From assembly GCA_951804945.1 (NCBI GenBank), contig OX638160.1, forward strand, positions 32,736,001-32,800,000: a stretch of DNA of 64,000 nt, read 5' to 3'. The first letter of the stretch is position 1, and each line of letters opens with the position of its first letter. The notes under the pieces are model-generated. The model had not been told where the DNA came from. It ran no database searches and saw nothing but the letters and a program-made list of their open reading frames with translations. Both the position numbers and the translations under genes were made by a program. Source of the stretch: Podarcis cretensis (lineage: Eukaryota). Below, one piece after another: positions 24,244 to 38,109 of this stretch.

Positions 24244-24889
24244 AAATTATTTGTTTTTGTTTCAATAATTCTATTCAGGTCAGTTGCTTTTTTCAGTATT
24301 ATTGTGCAGAGATTAAAATATGCTTTGTATTCTGAGACATAACAGAAGATCTTTAATCAATTAAAAAACTAAAGTGGGGGGGGATAGAACCTTAAAAGAA
24401 CGACTGGTGATGAAAAGCGAGTGTTGTATCTAAGGACGGCAATCAATAAAAGTGTCACAGAAGGAAAATACAGGTGCCACTTGGAATTACAGTGAAACTT
24501 TATTGAAAGACAGTATATGCTTTGAGGGACAAAGGCAAAACAGTATCTGATTAATGCAATTCATTGTCAGCAGCCATCTTCAAAGTACTAATAAGAGAGA
24601 GACCTTTGTAAACAGCATGTTGACTGATACTTTTTTTGTCTTCCTGAACCTGAGGAGAATAATTTTGGGGGCTCCATCATCAGATGGAAGTCTTTTTTAT
24701 GCATATACAAGAATGTGGATGTAAAGCAGGTAAGTCCAAGGAGGAGATGTGGGCATACCAGCCCCATGTTGAGTGTCCTGATCTCCCTCCTCCTCCCCCC
24801 TCAACTTTCCAGTATTGTACACATTTGTCTAAATGTGCTTAGAAGCCAGTGCTGTTTTTCTAGAAAGAGAGGTGCTGGACCTCACCTTG

Positions 24890-25509
24890 TTCTCTTATAA
24901 TAGCAATGGCACCCACCTGATTGGTGCCAGAACCAAGTTTTGGCTAGGGCAGGGGAAGCCCTGCTAGATCTAGTGTTATCAGGGATTTCAATTGCAAGGA
25001 GACTTCTAAGCATGTTCAGGCAAATGTTCTTAGAAGGCTCCTTCAACAGTAGGTGGAAACCAGAGCCAAATGAAAAGGCTGAGCCACCCCAACTGATTAT
25101 ATATAAAAAAGGCAAGCAGCTGAGATCAGGGCAAAGTGAGGATGGTGAGGCAATGCCCCATTCACTTTAATGGGCTAGTCTCCAATGGCTACTTTGGATA
25201 CTTCTTTTGCTGGTGGTATCTAGAGATAAGCTCCCAAATTGAGAGTTTTGGGGAGGGGGCGAGGAGCAGATACTGGACAGAGGTAGCCCTGGGTCCTTTG
25301 ACTCTGGAGTCTCTTCATTCCTCTAAGACAGTGATGGCCAAACTTGGCCCTCCAGCTGTTTTTGGACTACAACTCCCATCATCCCTTGTTAACAGGACTA
25401 GTGGTCAGGGATAATGGGAATTGTAGTCCCAAAACAGCTGGAGGGCCGAGTTTGGCCATCACTGCTCTAAGAGGTCCCAGGATTGGGCTCCTTGACTATG
25501 ACAGTGACA
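24890..25509 (-). mobile_element. Decayed LTR-like element with remnant U3 reading frame, interrupted by a hAT MITE
   Basis: Minus strand starts TGTCA at 25509. After removing the MITE the phase-2 frame reads VTVIVKEPNPGTS*RNEETPESKDPGLP...SPPP..., followed by TATATAA. Left boundary approximate. Confidence 0.4.
25329..25464. mobile_element. Palindromic hAT-type MITE
   Basis: TIRs CAGTGATGGCCAAACT / AGTTTGGCCATCACTG. Perfect 8-bp TSD CTCTAAGA. Confidence 0.93.
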
Positions 25510-25517
25510 GCTTGGAG

Positions 25518-25580
25518 CTTGTTGTTGTTTAGCCATTTAGTCATGTCCGACTCTTCGTGACCCCATAGACCAGAGCTCCA
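25518..25580 (-). mobile_element. Bov-B extreme 3' end
   Basis: Reverse complement gctctggtctatggggtcacgaagagtcggacatgactaaatggctaaacaacaac matches the ends of the Bov-B copies at 33.3 and 55.0 kb. Confidence 0.85.
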
Positions 25581-27846
25581 ACCAGTGCCACTGGTTTCAG
25601 TAGGGGAGAAATTCAGTAGGGGAGAAATTTTACAAAAGGGAGAATCATAATATAGGCAACCTTTTCTTCCTGGTGTAGTTGTTACTCCTGATATAACAAT
25701 GATTAACAAAAATGCAAACAAGGTGCATACCTGTTCAGAGTCATTAGGTGTATAAATTCCACCTGGCCCCACAGATGGGCACAGTCTTCTAAGCAAGTTT
25801 GATCTCAGACAAAGCAATTCAGTATGATGGAGAATTCATGACTCACTTCCCTTGACACTGAAGACCAAAACCATAAATTTCTACCTTTTACTCTCACTCT
25901 CTCTCTCTCTAAATGGTAAAATGCATTCCTTCGCCTGTCCTATTGGCTGTAAATTACCCTGAAACTGCTTCCCCTTGTGTTTGCTTGATCTGCCTGCAAG
26001 ATGCTAAATTTATGTGCTCAGCAGTCAAAAGTCACCAAACTGGGCATTACATTAGCTGTCATCCCTTTGCTCTCCTCGCTAGGGTACAAAGAGGGCACTC
26101 TGTAGATGGCCTGTTGGCATTAAGAGAATGAACAAAGCCTATTTTAATGATGAAAGCAACAAAAGTGGTTTCAGACAAGGTCAAGACCAAAAGTGAGATA
26201 ATGGGTAAAACATTAATTTTCTGCTTGTTCTTGAGTAAAAAAAAAAAAGCCAAGTGACTGTGTTTTCGGCTCATTGCCATTACATGCCTGTTCAGGCATT
26301 TCCCTTCATTCATTCTCAGAATGTATGGATGGAAGGGTGGGGCTCTGCAAGCAAGCACCTCCCCACACTGTCTCCCTCCCTGCTTCACCTACCAACCTTT
26401 TGCCCATTGGGTTGGATTCAGAGTACTGTAAATGCAGTTCTGCTCAAGGAACAAGGACTCTGCTTTGTCTCCGCACACAGATCTCAACCATCTCCTGAAA
26501 AATATGTTGGGGGATCCTTTGGGACAATGTGGAAGATGGCACAGGCAGCTGCAAGCAGCAGCAGTAAAAACTATCCCTGCCTCAGCTTTTGTTCATGGAA
26601 GACTCTGCAAGATCTGTGTCACTTCCATTCATAGAAGCGGCTATTCCATGAATAAACAGACTTATTTCCATTCATGGAAATCCTACCTGTTGCACATAAA
26701 ACAAATAATTTACAGGCAATTTTAAAGAGTAGTACACTACTATTATTTCTTTCATTAAATAAAATTAAATAAGGAAACTGAATCATCACATATCATTTCT
26801 GTGGGAATGTTTAGGGATGCGGGGGAGGATATATTGTCTAAGATATCCTATCCCAACTTGTCTTTACAAGTTCAACAAAATCAGCAGAGTTAACATTCCC
26901 CTTTTTTAAACACATGCACAGCAGATAGCTTGTTCAGACTCGTTAAGAGTCTCTGTAAATATTTCCTGGTATTTCCCCCGTTTAATCCCTCCTAAAATAA
27001 GATGCTATGCAGTCTTCTGTAAAGTATAAAATGTTTACTCACAAGTAATCATCTGTTCACACAAAGGTTCCCAGAAGGCAGACTTAAAAGGTTAGAACAT
27101 AATTTAAATGTGGTGACTATCTCCTTATGGGAAAAAGCCCCCTTTTCTTCTCTTGGCCTGAAGCCAAGTGTGCATTTTAGTAGTGCTGATGTTAAGATGG
27201 CATTGATAGGGACAAGAGGAGACAAGATGGTCACCAGCCTGTGGTTCTGGATCTTACTACTCCAGGAGAGGCCACACCCATCTCAAGTTACACATAGGAA
27301 GTTTCATCTCAGTCCAGGAAAGCAGGAAGTTCCGGCTGGAGGACTGAGACAACCTTCATGTCTACTCTAGCAATGTTGTGTTTGACTGCACCTGATTTTT
27401 ACATCCCACAATTTCCACCCCACCCCAATGTCTGACTTTGTACCCGAATAAACCTTTCATGAACCAAAACATTTAAAAATCTACTCCAGAGGATGCTAAC
27501 TACTGGAGATGCTCTCCTGAGTCCGGCTCAGAAAAGTACTCAACTTGGTCATTAAAACTATCTCATAGAAGAGGCAATATTCACAAGCCCTCACAGTCTT
27601 CTCCAGCTCAAGCTGAAACCCAAATTATCCAAGTGCTAGCTTTAGCCTTGCAAAGTTATGTCCTCCCTTAGATCAAATATATTCTACTTGCTTAGAGAGA
27701 AAACAAAGCAGGGGTGAAATCTGAGGAGTCCTACTTTTCACTGGTCCTCAGCAAGAGGATGATTGCCCCCCCCCCATATTTTGTTCCAACAGGATTCCCC
27801 CCCCCCAATGCAACTACTGGAGTAGGGACACTGTGTTAGTTTATAT

Positions 27847-28167
27847 CATGAGTAGGCAAACTAAGGCCCGGGGGCCCGATCTGGCCCAATTGTCTTCTAA
27901 ATCCAGTCCGCGGACGGTCCAGGAATCAGCATGTTTTTACGTTCATAGAATGTGTCCTTTTATTTAAAATGCATCTCTGGGTTATTTGTGGGGCCTGGTG
28001 TTTTTACATGAGTAGAATGTGTGCTTTTATTTAAAATGCATCTCTGGGTTATTTGTGGGGCATAGGAATTCATTCATTCCCCCCCCCAAAAATATAGTCC
28101 ATCCCCCTCCCCCAAGGTCTGAGGGACAGTGGACTGGCCCCCTGCTGAAAAAGTTTGCTGACCCCTG
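27847..28167. mobile_element. hAT-type MITE with internal ~50-bp duplication
   Basis: catgagtaggcaaact ... agtttgctgacccctg imperfect TIRs. tagaatgtgt..ttttatttaaaatgcatctctgggttatttgtggggc occurs twice. Confidence 0.75.
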
Positions 28168-29708
28168 TTGATGAGAAAGACCAAAGGAAATGGGATAGGT
28201 GGCGATTTTGCTAAATCCTTGGATTGACTGGTATAAATTTATTGAGGGGTGTGTGTGTGTGTGTTTGGGGGGGGGATCTCAGGTAAGTTGCAAACTAATC
28301 CAATGCAAGCTTTTCACAGCTCACCCATTTCGTAATTTCTATTTTTATACAATTTCATTGAGGAGCTCTAGCTATTGTTACATTGTGCTAATATGAATTT
28401 TTGGGACGGGAAAAGTACACACCAGGTACCCAGCTCCTGAGAAACTAACTGAAAATGTACCCGTCAACAATATCTCATCTGGCTGGAATTTATAACTGCA
28501 CAGTAATTGCACTCGATTGTAGGACTTTGTTTTGATTTAAGGGGATAAAAACTGAAGGTCATATATCTTAGCTTCTCCTTTCCATCTTCATTAGAGACTT
28601 TAATTAGGTAGTCTAGTGAAGGCTGTTCATTACTTCATCACAGATCAGTCTCGTACACTAGAAAAGCAATGAGGATTACAGGATTGTTTGTTTGTTTATT
28701 CACTCATTCAGTTGATTATAATATTTCCATCTTGCCTTTCTGTCATTTAGGCATCCAAGGTTGCAAACAGAATATTTAAAAAATGAGATGCAGTAAAATA
28801 TCACAACAGTGAAAAAATGTAATAATAAAAACAGCAGCAATCCTAATGAGCAGATTTTGCAAAGAGAACATTGGAATCAGCAGCATCCAGGTATATTCAG
28901 CATACCCTTAGAAACCTATTTAAACATCATCATCTTCATGGCACACTGAAAATGTGAAGGAGCCAGATGGTCTTCCACATGAAGGTGATTCCAGAGGTTG
29001 GGCATGGACATCAGTGGTGTGGTGGTAACATTATTGAAGTCCAGATCTATGCTGTCAAAGAGAGTTGCAAAATGCAGGCAGCCACATTGATCCATGATAT
29101 ATTATGGGTTTACAAAAGATTTGGACAAATCCCAAACCAAGAACTGGAGCAGGGCCATTTTGAACAAATATGTGGTTTTTCTGAGCAGAAGCAGAATCTC
29201 TATGAAGCCTGCTGCACTGATTCCAGAATTTCTGAACTGCTCCATGGTGATTCAGATGTTTAAAAACCCCTGCAGATGGCAGGTTTGCAAAAATTGAATT
29301 TCCCCCCAAGCTTGCCATATACACTAGGGTGGGGAGAGAAGGCAGGAAGAACTCTTTTGTGACTGACAGTCCTGGGTTCTGTTAAAGGGGAAAGGGATGC
29401 TGAAGTAATTTATCACCTTATTCTTGACTGTTCTGTTCTCTTTGTCAGTTCTGCTAGTTATGCACACTTTTCTTTTGCCTCTGTGACATATGCCCATACA
29501 TTCATGTCTGCGAAATCAACTCTGCACTTAATTTCTGTGACTTCTGGTGCCAGCTGCGCAGAATGGGAGCTTGAAGCTCTTTCCCTCCCATTCATTGTAA
29601 CTCCCTAGTCCCTGCACACATCCTTCTAAAATTTTGCAAGTAACTTTCCGAAGGAACTCTATGTTGCATGTCCTTTTCATAATAAAATTGTTGCCCTCAA
29701 AACTGTAA

Positions 29709-29818
29709 GTTCTCGCCCTCCCCACAAATCAACCTTAAAGATGCCTAGCACATTAAAAAAAATGTTCTCTCCCTGCCCACAAATCAACCTTAAAGATGCC
29801 TAGCACATTAAAAAAAAC
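29709..29818 (+). repeat. ~55-bp tandem duplication
   Basis: cccacaaatcaaccttaaagatgcctagcacattaaaaaaaa occurs twice in tandem. Confidence 0.92.
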
Positions 29819-30504
29819 ATGTCTATAATTTGGCAGATTTCTGAGTCAAGGGGACTTCTCTCATGCATTATATTTTCCTACAAATTGCCCATGAAACAAT
29901 AGGGCAGAATAAGTGAATCCCTTTTTAAGCAGCTCAAACTGTAAAGGTGTCCTTAACAGGAAAACCATTTCTGCTATACTTCTGAAATTTGGCAGTATTC
30001 ATGCATTCTGAAGGGGCTACCATGCCTGCAAATTTTACCCAATTTTACAACAACAATAAGGTTATAGGTGGTTCCTTTTTCAATTGGTTTTCATATCCAT
30101 GGAAGCAATCTGGTTGTGTGTTCTGTGCTGGAAGACCTGATCAAGCAGATTCTTCTGAACACTTCATGTCCATTGGCCCAGATTTCTCCTAGAACATTGG
30201 TCTTCAGCTGGTGGATTATCATCATACTGTTACTTAAGAGTTGTTGTTCAGATAGCACCACCACCATGTTATCTTATGTTATGTTTTATGTGATGTGATA
30301 TGTGTTGTGTTATATATGTTATATTACAAAAAAAGTTAAGAGAACAGTGGGTAGACAGTAGAAAATTAGACCCCAAGTCAGGTTGGCCTTAAAAGGGCAG
30401 TCTTGGGTCTAAAGAGACTATCCCAGAAGACGGCCTCTGCTCTTTAATAAGTTGTGTTTTTAAAAGACATAGCAATGACAGGGGAAAGTAGGCAAATATG
30501 CATC

Positions 30505-30700
30505 TAATCATCAGAAAAGCCCTGCTGGAAAAGACCAAAGGTCTATTCTGTCCAGCATTCTGCTCTGACAGCAGCCAATTAGTTGTCTATGGGAAGCAGG
30601 ACATGAGCACGTTGCTTTATGTCCTGTGCTCTGCTCCAACTGACATTCAGAGGCACACTGGGTCTAGTACTGGAGGTAATTACAGCTATTATGACTAGTA
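30505..30700 (-). mobile_element. CR1 3' UTR remnant
   Basis: agaaaagccctgctgga...tccagcattctgctctgacagcagcc...attcagaggcacactg is similar to 45692-45900. Confidence 0.55.
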
Positions 30701-32461
30701 CTCACTATTCAACGTGAACAAATGTGTGGGCAAGAGTTCAGGAGAGGGGAGAACTTAAAGGAGTGGCAGCATTGTGCTTCATGTTGGCATGGCAACCTTT
30801 TTTCATTATGACAAACAACCATGTAGGTAAGCTAATACTAAAAGGCTCTTCCTCTCTGCTTTGTCTGTTGCATCCAGTCACCAGACAGGAGTTTGTGAAA
30901 TGTGGTAAACGAGTCCATAACCCTTTACAGTCATCAATGACTGACGTGTATTCAATAGAAAAAAGATATAGTAGCTTCCTGATAAAGTATGCCCCAAAGG
31001 ATGGAACCTTAATTTGAATTTATAAAGCAACCAAAGTGATGGTTATGGGGGTGGGTAGTTGCTGTTTTTTTGTTTCATAACTTTTTAAATTATTGGGGCA
31101 TAGTCCAGACAGTGTAGGATTCTCCTCTACCTCCCTCTGTTCCATGCGTGACCACCTACCTTCCCTTCCCTTGACACAGGTCATACTTGTGGAACCGCTG
31201 TACATTCCTCATGGCTCGCGAGAGCACAGCTGCTTCTCTTTGTGTGTAGATATCTGTTAATTTATATTACCACATGATTTCATACTCATGTGTTCCAAGT
31301 CCAGCATACTGCAAGTTACTCATTTTCTTAGCCATCTATTCTAGAACATGCTTCCAACTAAACCAATAGCCATTTGAAACATTTACCAACACCAAAGCTG
31401 CATTCATAGATGCATTTATCTGGGAATAAGCCCTGTAGAACTCAATAGGGCTTACTTCTGAGTAGACATTATAGGCCTGCACTGTAAATCACTTTGAAAA
31501 CAGAAGGATATAAATGTGATAAAATGCACGTGGGCGACAGCATTTTTAAAAGGCAAATGGGAATGGGATTATAGCAAGCCTGTAGAGGGAATTTAAGCCT
31601 GTCCTTCTCTGAGGAAAATCATTTTTCTGAAGCTTGTATTGTGGGGAGAAGAATCTGCTCTTGGCTTTATTGAGGAATCACACACCCAGACAAACAGCAC
31701 CTTCAGAGAAGAGATTTTCCTCCAGATCGCAGCAGGGGGGAAAAGAGTTAAACTCCTTCTTCATGATGACCCTGGTTCTGTTATTTGTTAGCCACCCCCA
31801 CACCATGGTGCAATTTGGGGGGGGGGGGCAAAACCCTGCAAGTTAGATGCAAAGACATTTTTGTCACATCCAGTTTGTTCCACAGTCAATGAATGCCCAG
31901 AGCAGTGGCAATGCAGAAGTGACATAGTTATAAATATGATCAAGCTTTGGACCCTTAGAATCCCAAAGGCAGTAGTTCCAGGGTTATTACAGGGTTGCAA
32001 ATCCCACAGCAGTCAAAAGTCTAACTCATATTCAATAATATTATCAAGAACATGCTGCTGGTATAGCCCCAAAATTTATATTCTGTTACTGTAGATTCTA
32101 TTAATATCCACATACACAGAAAGCCTAGCCCAGGGCCAAAGTTATACTTTTTGCACAGTGTTTGCACTGGGAAATATTAAGCATTGCTTTGATTATGGCG
32201 GCTAGAAGGTAACAGCACTGCTACTTCTACCCAGAGGTTTATTATCACACCTAATGAAACCATATAGTTCTGCTAATAGTTGACAGCTGGTAGTATAACT
32301 AGAATAGTGCAAAATGAAACTAATCCCACATAACCCCACTAAAATGCAAATATTGCCCAGATTAAGCACTTTTAAGATCAGCCGAATCTCATGAGTGCTT
32401 TATTTTGGCGAGCCAACAGGGAACAATCCTACATTAAGGTGGCACTCCTATTTATATCTAG

Positions 32462-32545
32462 ACTGCAATCCCAAACCCATTTACTAGGAAATAAGCCCCA
32501 TTAAACTCAGTGGGACTTATCTTTGTAGACTTTACAGGATTGCAT
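32462..32545. repeat. ~80-bp hairpin (MITE-like) dispersed repeat; another copy ~31400-31485
   Basis: tgcaatcc ... ataagccccattaaactcagtgggacttat ... ggattgca nested inverted repeats. Confidence 0.6.
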
Positions 32546-32827
32546 TAAAGATTACCTGGTAAAACAACTCCACGGAACACTGAGACTTGCTTTAAAGTAA
32601 AGATGCATGTCTTATTTATACTTGCAGGGGAGAAAGTGACATTCAACTTAGAGTCAAACTAGATATGACTTTTATCAAATAGCTTTCATTACACCTTCAC
32701 TGTATTGTCTTTAGTTCATGCTAAAAAAAATTGTGCGAGAGTGTGTGCATGTGCCATCCAGCTTACCCAGGCAAGGAATTTTAGCAGCCATGTAATTTTA
32801 GCATACAATTTAATATATGTTATTTTA

Positions 32828-33338
32828 GACAAACTTAGACAGCATCTTAAAAAGTAGAGACATCACCTTGTCAACAAAGGTCCGTATAGTAAAAGCTATG
32901 GTTTTCCCAGTAGTGATGTATGGAAGTGAAAGCTGGACCATAAAGAAGGCTGATCGCTGTAGAATTGATGCTTTTGAATTATGGTGCTGGAGGAGACTCT
33001 TGAGAGTCCCGTGGACTGCAAGAAGATCAAACCTATCCATTCTTAAGGAAATCAGCCCTGAGTGCTCATTGGAAGGATTGATCGTGAAGCTGAGGCTCCA
33101 ATACTTTGGCCACCTCATGAGAAGAGAAGACTCCCTGGAAAAGACCCTGATGTTGGGAAAGATGGAGGGCACAAGGAAAAGGGGACGACAGAGGGCGAGA
33201 TGGTTGGATAGTGTTCTCGAGGCTACCAGCATGAGTTTGAGCAGACTGCGGGAGGCAGTGGAAGACAGAAGTGCCTGGTGTGCTCTGGTCCATGGGGTCA
33301 CGAAGAGTCGGACACGACTAAACGATTAATCAATAACA
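32828..33338 (+). mobile_element. Bov-B LINE (RTE clade) 3' fragment, frame intact
   Basis: Encodes TKVRIVKAMVFPVVMYGSESWTIKKADRCRIDAFELWCWRRLLRVPWTARRSN...HGVTKSRTRLND. Possible TSD attttag. Confidence 0.95.
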
Positions 33339-33929
33339 TTTTAGTAAGTATAATTGTTTTTAAATTACAGATTTTATATATTTTTAAAAAACATGCAAAT
33401 TGTTTTTAATATTTGTTTTTGTAGAACACGTACAGATCTTAGATTTGAGCAGGTGGCATACAATCTTTCATTAAATAGAAGAAATGGACTGCACAGCTTC
33501 CTGGTTATGAAATAGTCATTGAAGGATGGAAGAGGGGGGTTAAACTGGCACAGAGCTTGTGGAAAGATCTTTAACCCTTTGCTCCATCCATGGTCAAAAC
33601 TGAAATTGACAGCAGCAGCAGCAGCAGCACCCTGCTCCCTTGACTGCTGTTGGCTCCCCCCCCCCAATGGGCACCAGTATGAGCTTTCATTCCTTAGCAA
33701 ATAGCAGGTCTGCACACATTAAGAATGAAAGGATCTGTCAGTTGCAGATCTCACAGTTTCTCATTTTTCCAATCTTAAATTCAGTTTTCCACATTTTGCA
33801 GCAAGTTGCAAATTTTGTAAATTGAAAAACCCTCATGAATATTCATCAGCATTTTCGTACAAATTTCTCCTAATAAACACATTTTACGTGTTTTTATGAT
33901 GTGCACATTTTTGCAAGCAAATTCCTTAA

Positions 33930-34262
33930 AAGAAATAAGGTTCTTATTAAAGTTTTTCACAATGCAATAAGAGAAGAGCTACAAAATATACAAAGAGAAC
34001 AAGTAAAATATGGATTCCTCTTCTAAAGGCAATTCTCAGCCCCTACCACCCACAGACGGTAGCAGCCCTTCCCAGCTCTCAGCTGGAATCCTTCCTTTCT
34101 CCTCCCATTCTCTCACCCTCCATCAACTATCTACCACCCCATGAGCACAATCCCTAGACCTTAACAAAGACCCCTAACGTATGACTCAAAGAAACAAGAG
34201 AAAGGAAAAAGAGAGAGAAAAGAAAAAGAAGCAAGAAAGAAAAGAGAGAGCAAGAGAGCGAT
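33930..34262 (-). mobile_element. Insertion into the AT-rich repeat, probably a LINE 3' UTR
   Basis: Bracketed by the near-duplicate gcaagcaa(a/t)ttcc. Interrupts the 33730-34495 repeat copy. Confidence 0.35.
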
Positions 34263-34496
34263 AGCAAGCAATTTCCCATAATATAATGGATTTTTGTATG
34301 TTATTTTCACTAACACAGTTATTTCAATGCAGTTTCCCCCATTATATACCTTTTTCAGACATTGGTTGTAAAAGTGTGTTACAAAATTCAAGTAAGTGCA
34401 AAATTTGAAAGATAGCTGTTTTTCAGTTCACATAAGTGCAGATTTCATACATTTGCCTTTAAATGCATGTTGGATCATATTTCTCCTCCATCCCAC

Positions 34497-34522
34497 GTGT
34501 GTGTGTGTGTGTGTGTGTGTGT
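34497..34522 (+). repeat. (GT)n microsatellite
   Basis: Directly visible. Confidence 0.95.
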
Positions 34523-35586
34523 ACACAGTTGCAATCAGGTTCTCACAGAGGTAAAGGATTAATCCCCACCTCCCACAATGCCATGCATGGTCGCTAGCTC
34601 TTAATCAGAAAACAACAACACAACTGCAAATAATGTGATATGTCACATGCAAAATACCCACACAGTAAAGATAGGAGCCATACCTCAGTACTATACTCGG
34701 GAGATGGAGAACCTGTGGCCAGTTATTAGCATGGTTAATGAACAGGGAGGTTGGGAGTTGTAGAGGATCATACATTACCCATCCTTGAGAATGAGATAAT
34801 ATTCACTTTCTTTAATACGCTATCTATGTTACACACACCCACACCCTGGAAACTGAATAAAGCCTACCATGTTAATGAAACACATTTTAAACACACACAC
34901 ACACACACATATAAACAGTAAAGAAATAATTTGGAAGGCACACTGCCCCAAATATTGCTGAAGTCATCTTGGCCAGCCATGGTAGTGAATTATGAAATGG
35001 CAGTCAGTGCTGCATTCAGAGCCCAGCCCTAGTGCCAGTCAGAATGGAAGGTGGTGGAGTAAGGGGGGAGGGAAAATGTATTGCAGGCTGGTGCAGTGGA
35101 GATGCCTGGACTGGGCCCATTCCTAGCAGCAGAGTCTGCTGAGGATCCTGCTGAACCAGCTCAGCCCAGCCCCTCCCCACCTTTAAAATGCTACAACCAG
35201 CAGGGATGTCACTGGTGGTCATTTCCACCTACCATTTGAATAAGAGTGTTGGGATGTTCCTTGCCAGCTGGGCTTCTTCCATTCCATCCAAACTGCCTCC
35301 AGCACAGCAGAGTAGGGGCTAGGCTCACTCTGGTAATCCTAGAAGAACTGTTTAAGCAAATGTTTTGCAAATGAAACAATCCCCAGCAGGGGTGGACTTT
35401 TGTCTTTCAAATTTCAGTGGTGCCCTGTGCGAGGCAAACATTCAGTGCCCGCTCTGAAGGCGCAATGGCACTTTCCCCCCTGGTGCCATTGGGCCCGCCG
35501 TCACTTAAATATAGTGCACCCACCTCACAGAACACCAGTTCCACAAATTCCTACAAACTACCCCAAATTATCTTGTGGGGGACTTG

Positions 35587-36309
35587 TGTGAGGGAAAACC
35601 TAAAAAACTGGAGTCTCCGGCAGGATTTGATCAAATAAACAAGAGAGATTTTATTTAAGAAAGGAAGTTTATGTCACAAAGTGGGTAAAACACAGGATAC
35701 TTCAGATTATAATGTTATTTCACTTCAGTTCTTTTCTCAGTTGTTGCATAGCTGTTGCCGCTTAATACTTTGGTTCTTAAACAAGGTGGTACTTCCTGTC
35801 AGCTACACACCCTTCAGAAAATCCTACTCTTGAGGTACTCCAAGTAACAGACCCAAGGGATCTCCACACCCCTCTTAACTGGTTTGGGAGTCTTCTCTTT
35901 TTGTAGAAGAATCTCTCCGTTCCTGACTGGAATGAGTCCTAAGTAGACTTTATTTTCACAGCTCCTACTTCTCCTGGCTCACCCTCAGCCTCCCAGTTAA
36001 TTCCTGGCCTATTACTCTTACAGGACACCACACACTGTCCTTCACACAAAGCTCAGAGACTCTTTTCTCCAGCTTGTGATATTTTCCCTCAGAGTGGATG
36101 TTTCTACCCAGAACCAACTCTCTCTCCTCTCACTCCCTAGCTCCCAACCTCTATCCCAACCAACCATTTCTCAAAATCCTCTCCTTTTCAACTCCCTCTC
36201 CTGGAACCCTGGCCAATCGGAGACTGCCATTTGTTAAGCGTTTGTTGGCAGGGAAAAAGAAAAAACTTGGAGACCCAAGCTGCCCAGCAAAACAAACTTT
36301 TCCTTCACA
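35587..36309 (-). mobile_element. Solo LTR-like element
   Basis: Terminal inverted repeats TGTGAGGGAAAA / TTTTCCTTCACA. AATAAA on the minus strand ~60 bp from the left end. No clear TSD. Sits within a probable DNA-transposon remnant (35387-36434). Confidence 0.65.
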
Positions 36310-38061
36310 CCCCCTGCCTCTCACCTTCCATTCTGCTCAATTCACCACGTCATAGTTGTGACGCCCTGTGTCGCCCCCTAGGCTCAGCGCCCAGTGCAGC
36401 AGAACCGGTCACACTGCCTTAAATCCATCTCTGTCCTCAGTTTTAATTGTAGAAATCCACTTGAGAACATAATTCTCCAGCAGTTCTTAAAGGGTTTATG
36501 TGATTTCTTGATTGCTGATTGATTTGTTAATTATTGATGAAAAGGGTTTTTTCTAGTTGGAAATATTTATTTCATTAACTTAACAGATTTCATTCAATTT
36601 ATATTGTATTTTTGTGTGCACATATCTTACTTCTCAGGAAGGATGACACTGTAATAAAGTTCGCAATGACACTGAAGTGCCAAACAAGAAAAGGTTTGAG
36701 GGGGAAATGGGCAAGCTGAATAGGCAAGAAAATTCTGAAGGCTTGTTCTTGAAATAATCCTCTAGGTATTGTATTGCCCATTCTGGGGTCGTTTTGGCGG
36801 TCTTCCCTAGAATTCAGGGCAAATTATTTGTAATTATTGGTACTAAGGCCCAAGAGGTGGGAGTCAGGAAGTGGGAGTTTGTGGGGGTGGAAAAATTACA
36901 TCTCCACATTACAGATACTTAGAATTGTTCCAAGAAAAGAATAATCTCTGTGGTATGCCATGTTAAAAAAAGGCCAGAAGTGATTATGTAAGAAAATGGA
37001 TCCCACTGAATACAGATTAGCAGCATTAACTCTGGCTACACAAAGCAGAGGAGAGATCACAGGGCAGAAGAAGAAAAACCTGCATGCAGAGCTTGTGGGC
37101 ATACATTAATTAAAGGGTATTATCAATGTGTGTGCTTTAAAAGGATGGAGAAGTGAACATTGTTTGTTTAGCTCCGATTTGGACACTCCTCTGCCAGAAA
37201 GATCTAGACTCAGTATTATTACAAAAAGCCATTTCAATCAAATATTTCATTTTGAGCCCCAATTTACCAGTCTCCCATACAATTAAATAAATAAATAAAA
37301 CATATAAATGTATGATTCTCCATAAAACATATATATTATGGTGGGAGGGGGTAGAGAGATAGTAGGCATATAGAAAAAGCAAGATTGCAACAATAGTGCA
37401 AGGGATATCCCCCCTCCAAAACACCTAATATCTATCTACCCTTTGGGAGCATTAAAAATAATACCAGGACCACAGATTTGGAACTGCAGAGTTCAGCTAT
37501 GTGGCCCAGCTGCATAAATTAGATCTTCATCAGTTTGCCAGGCTTAGGGTTTCCAACTGGGTCTGCTTGCTGTGCCTTTAAACAACAGCCTGACATGTAG
37601 AAATTCAACAGGTGAAGAAGCTCCCCTCCAACATTTATCTTCACAGTAGCAAAACCTTCACCGATTGAGTGAAGGTTACAGGACAGGGGAAGGACAATAA
37701 GAAAAGTAGTAGAAGTTGTCAGAAAGCTCCCCAGCTATAGAACGAGAGTGGAGGAGGTGAGGGGACAGAAATACAAATGGAAGGAGGAAAATGGAAGATG
37801 GATCCCTGTTTGAATTTGTTGTGCAAATCATCCATTTCAAGGTGAAGTCAGCAGCACTGACATTCACACCAACCGAGAGAGAAAGGTTAATCAGAATCAG
37901 GGTAGGTACATGGCTTACGTATGAGGAGAAATGCAACCTTTTCCATAAAAAACAATCTTCAAAATGGTTGTCAAAACCTTAGTGGGCTCAGTGGGATAGG
38001 GCTTCAACTTTCAGCCAACACTGTTATTATACCTTTGTGTGAATTTGTGTGAAGCACAAGC

Positions 38062-38062
<1 letters not shown>

Positions 38063-38109
<47 letters not shown>
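38063..38109 (+). repeat. (AAT)n microsatellite
   Basis: Directly visible. Confidence 0.97.

Noticed and set aside
32825-33301. 158-aa minus-strand ORF (and 54481..54990)
   Set aside because: Antisense frame of Bov-B, not an independent gene.
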